DNA of 32,000 bases, taken from contig JAUWGH010000005.1 in assembly GCA_030606485.1 (NCBI GenBank), positions 150,001 through 182,000 of the forward strand, given 5' to 3'. How positions within the stretch are numbered: position 1 is the first letter of the stretch; each line of letters opens with the position of its first letter. Source of the stretch: Promethearchaeota archaeon. Lineage in GTDB: Archaea; Asgardarchaeota; Lokiarchaeia; Sigyniarchaeales; SOKP01. The notes under the pieces were generated by a model that was not told the DNA's origin, ran no database searches, and saw nothing but the letters and a program-made list of their open reading frames with translations. Below are positions 28,187 through 32,000 of the stretch, one piece after another. Made by a program: the position numbers and the translations under genes.

Positions 28187-28570
28187 TGGCGATCACTTGA
28201 ATTTTATGTAGAGAATTGTGTTTCATTGCTGGGAATAACGATTTTTGGTTCCAATTCGCTCAGTTTGCCAGTATTTCTCAATTTATTTTCTTTATTTTAG
28301 ATTTATTATGTCATTTTGCGTTGTAGATAACTTTTCTTTGATATTTTGGCTAATATTTAGATAAAATTTTAAATATTAAAAAAAGGCTTATTTTGTTTGA
28401 CTTAATTTGCTGTTTAATCGAGTTAAAACTAAAATTTTAGTAAAATTTTTAAGATTTGCTTCATGAGAAAATCTTACAAACCAAAATTAGGAGATTTATT
28501 CTAACTTGTTTTGTAGGTTTATTTCTTATTTCAATCAATATATAAAAAAATAAAATGAGGTCCTTACTCT

Positions 28571-31500
28571 TTGAGTAGTTATTTAAAAACCAAGATAGTC
28601 GAAAAAATTAGGTTCGGAATCCTCTCTCCAGATGAAATACGTAAATTATCTAGTGCTAGAATAATTACTGCCGATACATATGATGAAGATGGTCTCCCTA
28701 TCCCATCTGGCCTTATGGATCAACGTTTGGGCACGATTGAACCTGGCCAACGTTGTCGAACGTGCGGAAATCTTGTAAGTCAATGTATGGGACATTTTGG
28801 TCACATCGAAATGGCAAGACCCATTATTCATTGCGGATATGCAAAGAAGGTTTTAAAGATCCTCCGTAGCATATGCCCAGAATGTTCAATGCTCATGCTC
28901 ACACATGAAGAAAAGGAAAAATCCATTAAAGAACAAGAGAAACATCGTGAGATGTATTTTGAAAGTGATGTAGAATTAACTAAGTTAATTTTTAAATCAG
29001 CGAGAAAAACAAAAAAATGTCCATATTGTGGAGCAAGAAAGAAAAAAATTGTTATTGAGAAACCAACTACTTTTTATGAAGAGGAGGAGGGTAAAGGTTC
29101 AAGAAGATTGACTCCAATGGATATTAGAGAAAGGTTAATACAAATTTCTGATAATGACCTTAGAATTATGGGAATCTCTCCAGCTTCTGCTAGACCAGAA
29201 TGGACAATATTGGAGGTTTTACCCATCCCACCAGTTTGTGTTAGACCTTCAATTACTTTAGATAGTGGAATTAGATCGGAGGATGATTTAACTCATAAAT
29301 TAGTTGATGTAATCCGTATAAACCAAAGATTGAGAGAAAATCTTGACGCTGGCGCACCACATCTTATTGTGGAAGACCTGTGGGAACTTTTACAATACCA
29401 TATTACAACATATTTTGATAATGAAGTTTCTGGAATTCCTCCTGCACGGCATAGATCTGGTAGAGCCTTAAGAACAATTACACAGAGATTAAAGGGTAAG
29501 GAGGGACGATTTAGAAGTAATTTGAGTGGAAAACGAGTAGATTTTTCCGCCAGAAGTGTAATTTCACCTAATCCTCATATTAGTATTAATGATGTTGGAG
29601 TACCAGTCAGTATTGCAAAAATACTCACAATTCCATCAAACGTAAATCCTTGGAATATTGAAGAGATGAAACAACTGGTTATAAATGGACCTATTGATCA
29701 TCCGGGAGCAAATTATATAATAAGAACTGATAATCGTAGAATAGATCTCCGATATGTTAAGAATAGAGATGTAATTGCAGAAACTCTAGTGCCTGGTTAT
29801 ATTGTTGAAAGGCACCTTAATAATGGAGATTTAGTTTTATTTAATCGCCAACCTTCACTCCATAGAATGTCAATTATGGCTCATGAAGTAAAAATTATGG
29901 ACGGAAGAACATTTAGATTAAATTTGACAATTTGTCCTCCATATAATGCAGATTTTGACGGGGATGAGATGAATTTACATGTCCCACAGAGTGAAGAGGC
30001 AAGGACTGAAGCAGAATTACTTTTAAAAGTTCAAGAACATATGTTATCTCCTCGTTTTGGTGGACCAATAATAGGTGGAATTCAGGATTTTATATCTACT
30101 GTTTATCAATTTACAAGTAAGGACTCTGTTTATAATATTAAGGATACTTTAAAATTATTATATTTAGGTAGAATATTTGACACAAATCCAGATTTTTCAA
30201 TAAATGATTTAACACCAGTAATAACTGATCCAGAACCAAAATATTCTGGAAAGTCAATTTTTAGTGCATTATTTCCAAAAGACTTAAATTTACGGCAAAG
30301 ATCAAAGTTTTGCAAGAAATGTGACGTATGTAAAGAGTATGATTGTGAATTTGATGCATATGTTCATATTGAAAACGGGAATTTGTTAACTGGAACTATT
30401 GATGAAGCAACTTTTGGAGCAATGAAACCAAATAGTATTTTACACCGAATAATAAAAGATAATGGAAATGAAAGAGGGAGAGTGTTTTTGGATAATTCGA
30501 TACAAATGCTCCTTCATGTAATCAGAATGAATGGGATTACTATTGGTCTAGATGAAGTTTTTGTAAAAGGTGATGCAATGGAAGAAATCATAAATGCTCT
30601 AGATAAAGCAAATATAGAATGTGAAGAACTCATAAAAGCATACCATAATAAAGATGACACTATTTTATCTCGAGCCCCAGGAAGAACTTTAAAAGAAACT
30701 TTGGAATTAAGAATTAGAGGGATATTAAACGATGCAAGAAAGAAAGCTGAAACGATTGCCTCCATTGATATTGGAGATCAAGCCCATTCGGTTATAATGA
30801 CAAAGTCTGGAGCGCGAGGTAATCCTCTAAATCTTGGTCAAATGGCTGCAGTGGTTGGGCAACAAGCAATTCGGGGAGAAAGAATACATCGAGGTTATAT
30901 GAAGAGAACATTACCTCACTATAAGATTAATGATCTCTCTGCTAAAGCAAGAGGATTTGTTTCCTCATCATATCGAAAAGGTTTAAATCCTGAAGAGTTT
31001 TTCTTCCATTCAATGGGTGGTAGAGAGGGACTTGTTGATACTGCTGTTAGAACCAGTCAGAGTGGATATATGCAAAGAAGGTTAGTTAATGCATTACAAG
31101 ATGTAATTGTTGAAAATGATAATACTGTAAGAGATGCTAATAAGAGTATTGTTCAATTTCAATTTGGCGATGATGGAATTGACCCCTCTAAGAGCGACCA
31201 TGGTTTAGCAATAAACCTTGATCTTTTAATATTAAAAGCCAAAGCGTTAAAATCTATCAAGAAAATACCAATTATTAAAACTTCGGTGAAAAAAGCACCA
31301 GTGAAAAAAGCACCAGTGAAAAAAGCACCAGTGAAAAAAGCACCAGTGAAAAAAGCACCAGTGAAAAAAGCATCAGTGAAAAAAGTTCCAGTAAAAAAAG
31401 CATCAGTGAAAAAAGTTCCAGTAAAAAAAACAAAAAAAAAAATTCTAAAGCAACCAACGAAAAAAGATAAAAAAAGTCCTGATGAAGAATCTATAATCCA

Positions 31501-31600
31501 AGAATTTGAAAATGAAACGGGGAAAAAGGCAATCTGGCGTGGAAAACAAACAAAACAATTTAATGAATGGAAAAAAGAAAAATATGGAGTTAAAAAATAA
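28571..31600 (+). CDS. rpoA1: DNA-directed RNA polymerase subunit A' (Rpo1N) with a ~120-aa C-terminal extension
   Basis: FGILSPDEIR, CRTCGN...CMGHFGH, KGKEGRFRSNLSGKRVDFSARSVI, LFNRQPSLH, YNADFDGDEMN (catalytic), HSMGGREGLVDTAVRTSQSGYMQRRL. Core ends near GDDGIDPSKSDHG (H877). Confidence 0.98.
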   Translation: MSSYLKTKIVEKIRFGILSPDEIRKLSSARIITADTYDEDGLPIPSGLMDQRLGTIEPGQRCRTCGNLVSQCMGHFGHIEMARPIIHCGYAKKVLKILRSICPECSMLMLTHEEKEKSIKEQEKHREMYFESDVELTKLIFKSARKTKKCPYCGARKKKIVIEKPTTFYEEEEGKGSRRLTPMDIRERLIQISDNDLRIMGISPASARPEWTILEVLPIPPVCVRPSITLDSGIRSEDDLTHKLVDVIRINQRLRENLDAGAPHLIVEDLWELLQYHITTYFDNEVSGIPPARHRSGRALRTITQRLKGKEGRFRSNLSGKRVDFSARSVISPNPHISINDVGVPVSIAKILTIPSNVNPWNIEEMKQLVINGPIDHPGANYIIRTDNRRIDLRYVKNRDVIAETLVPGYIVERHLNNGDLVLFNRQPSLHRMSIMAHEVKIMDGRTFRLNLTICPPYNADFDGDEMNLHVPQSEEARTEAELLLKVQEHMLSPRFGGPIIGGIQDFISTVYQFTSKDSVYNIKDTLKLLYLGRIFDTNPDFSINDLTPVITDPEPKYSGKSIFSALFPKDLNLRQRSKFCKKCDVCKEYDCEFDAYVHIENGNLLTGTIDEATFGAMKPNSILHRIIKDNGNERGRVFLDNSIQMLLHVIRMNGITIGLDEVFVKGDAMEEIINALDKANIECEELIKAYHNKDDTILSRAPGRTLKETLELRIRGILNDARKKAETIASIDIGDQAHSVIMTKSGARGNPLNLGQMAAVVGQQAIRGERIHRGYMKRTLPHYKINDLSAKARGFVSSSYRKGLNPEEFFFHSMGGREGLVDTAVRTSQSGYMQRRLVNALQDVIVENDNTVRDANKSIVQFQFGDDGIDPSKSDHGLAINLDLLILKAKALKSIKKIPIIKTSVKKAPVKKAPVKKAPVKKAPVKKAPVKKASVKKVPVKKASVKKVPVKKTKKKILKQPTKKDKKSPDEESIIQEFENETGKKAIWRGKQTKQFNEWKKEKYGVKK
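31286..31435 (+). repeat. In-frame 15-bp tandem repeat (GTGAAAAAAGCACCA) encoding VKKAP-type pentapeptides
   Basis: Five identical units (31286-31360), then VKKAS, VKKVP, VKKAS, VKKVP (to 31420) and a degenerate VKKTK (31421-31435). Confidence 0.97.
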
Positions 31601-31621
31601 AATTTTACAATCTAGAGGTAA

Positions 31622-32000
<379 letters not shown>

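Noticed and set aside
30305-30345. CKKCDVCKEYDC cluster in RpoA' as a novel metal site
   Set aside because: A Cys-rich metal-binding insert at this position is common in archaeal Rpo1N.
7477-30765. Remaining short overlapping ORFs in the track (7477-7692, 9047-9268, 10085-10405, 11146-11352, 13061-13246, 16581-16778, 17229-17411, 18334-18798, 22154-22354, 24201-24425, 24582-25139, 24979-25179, 25685-25873, 26058-26315, 27553-27768, 28646-28831, 30130-30315, 30514-30765)
   Set aside because: All overlap longer, better-supported genes, mostly antisense, and show no recognisable motifs.
31286-31435. 15-bp repeat array as a CRISPR array
   Set aside because: Units are head-to-tail with no spacers, are in frame inside rpoA', and no cas genes are present.
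31275-31457. Minus-strand 60-aa ORF with (FSLVL)n
   Set aside because: It is the antisense shadow of the VKKAP repeat.

Overview
Very AT-rich archaeal DNA, most consistent with an Asgard archaeon of the Lokiarchaeia/Promethearchaeota group. This is an inference from the AWSP-type histone, Wood-Ljungdahl genes, split RpoA'/A'', and many zinc-ribbon, TPR and multi-TM hypothetical proteins. Recognisable genes are cdhC (partial) and cdhB, an RHH-type regulator, an SPFH protein, a YprB/MrfB-like DEDD exonuclease, a PfkB-family kinase, FAD-dependent glycerol-3-phosphate dehydrogenase, an AmmeMemoRadiSam radical SAM enzyme, two TPR proteins, a DUF1624/HGSNAT-like membrane acetyltransferase, a GNAT, glyS, two large membrane-anchored surface proteins, ftr, a histone, rpoA' and the start of rpoA''. 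I saw no tRNA, rRNA, CRISPR array or mobile element. The most unusual signal is a ~120-aa C-terminal extension on RNA polymerase subunit A': nine (V-K-K-A/V-P/S) histone-H1-like repeats ending in a small helix-RGK-helix module that aligns by eye, without gaps, to the Lsr2 DNA-binding domain. Also notable are a multi-stem, K-turn-like RNA structure upstream of the SPFH gene and a phased array of AATGTCCA boxes around a TATA element upstream of the RHH regulator next to the cdh genes. All family calls come from motif recognition by eye, with no database searches.
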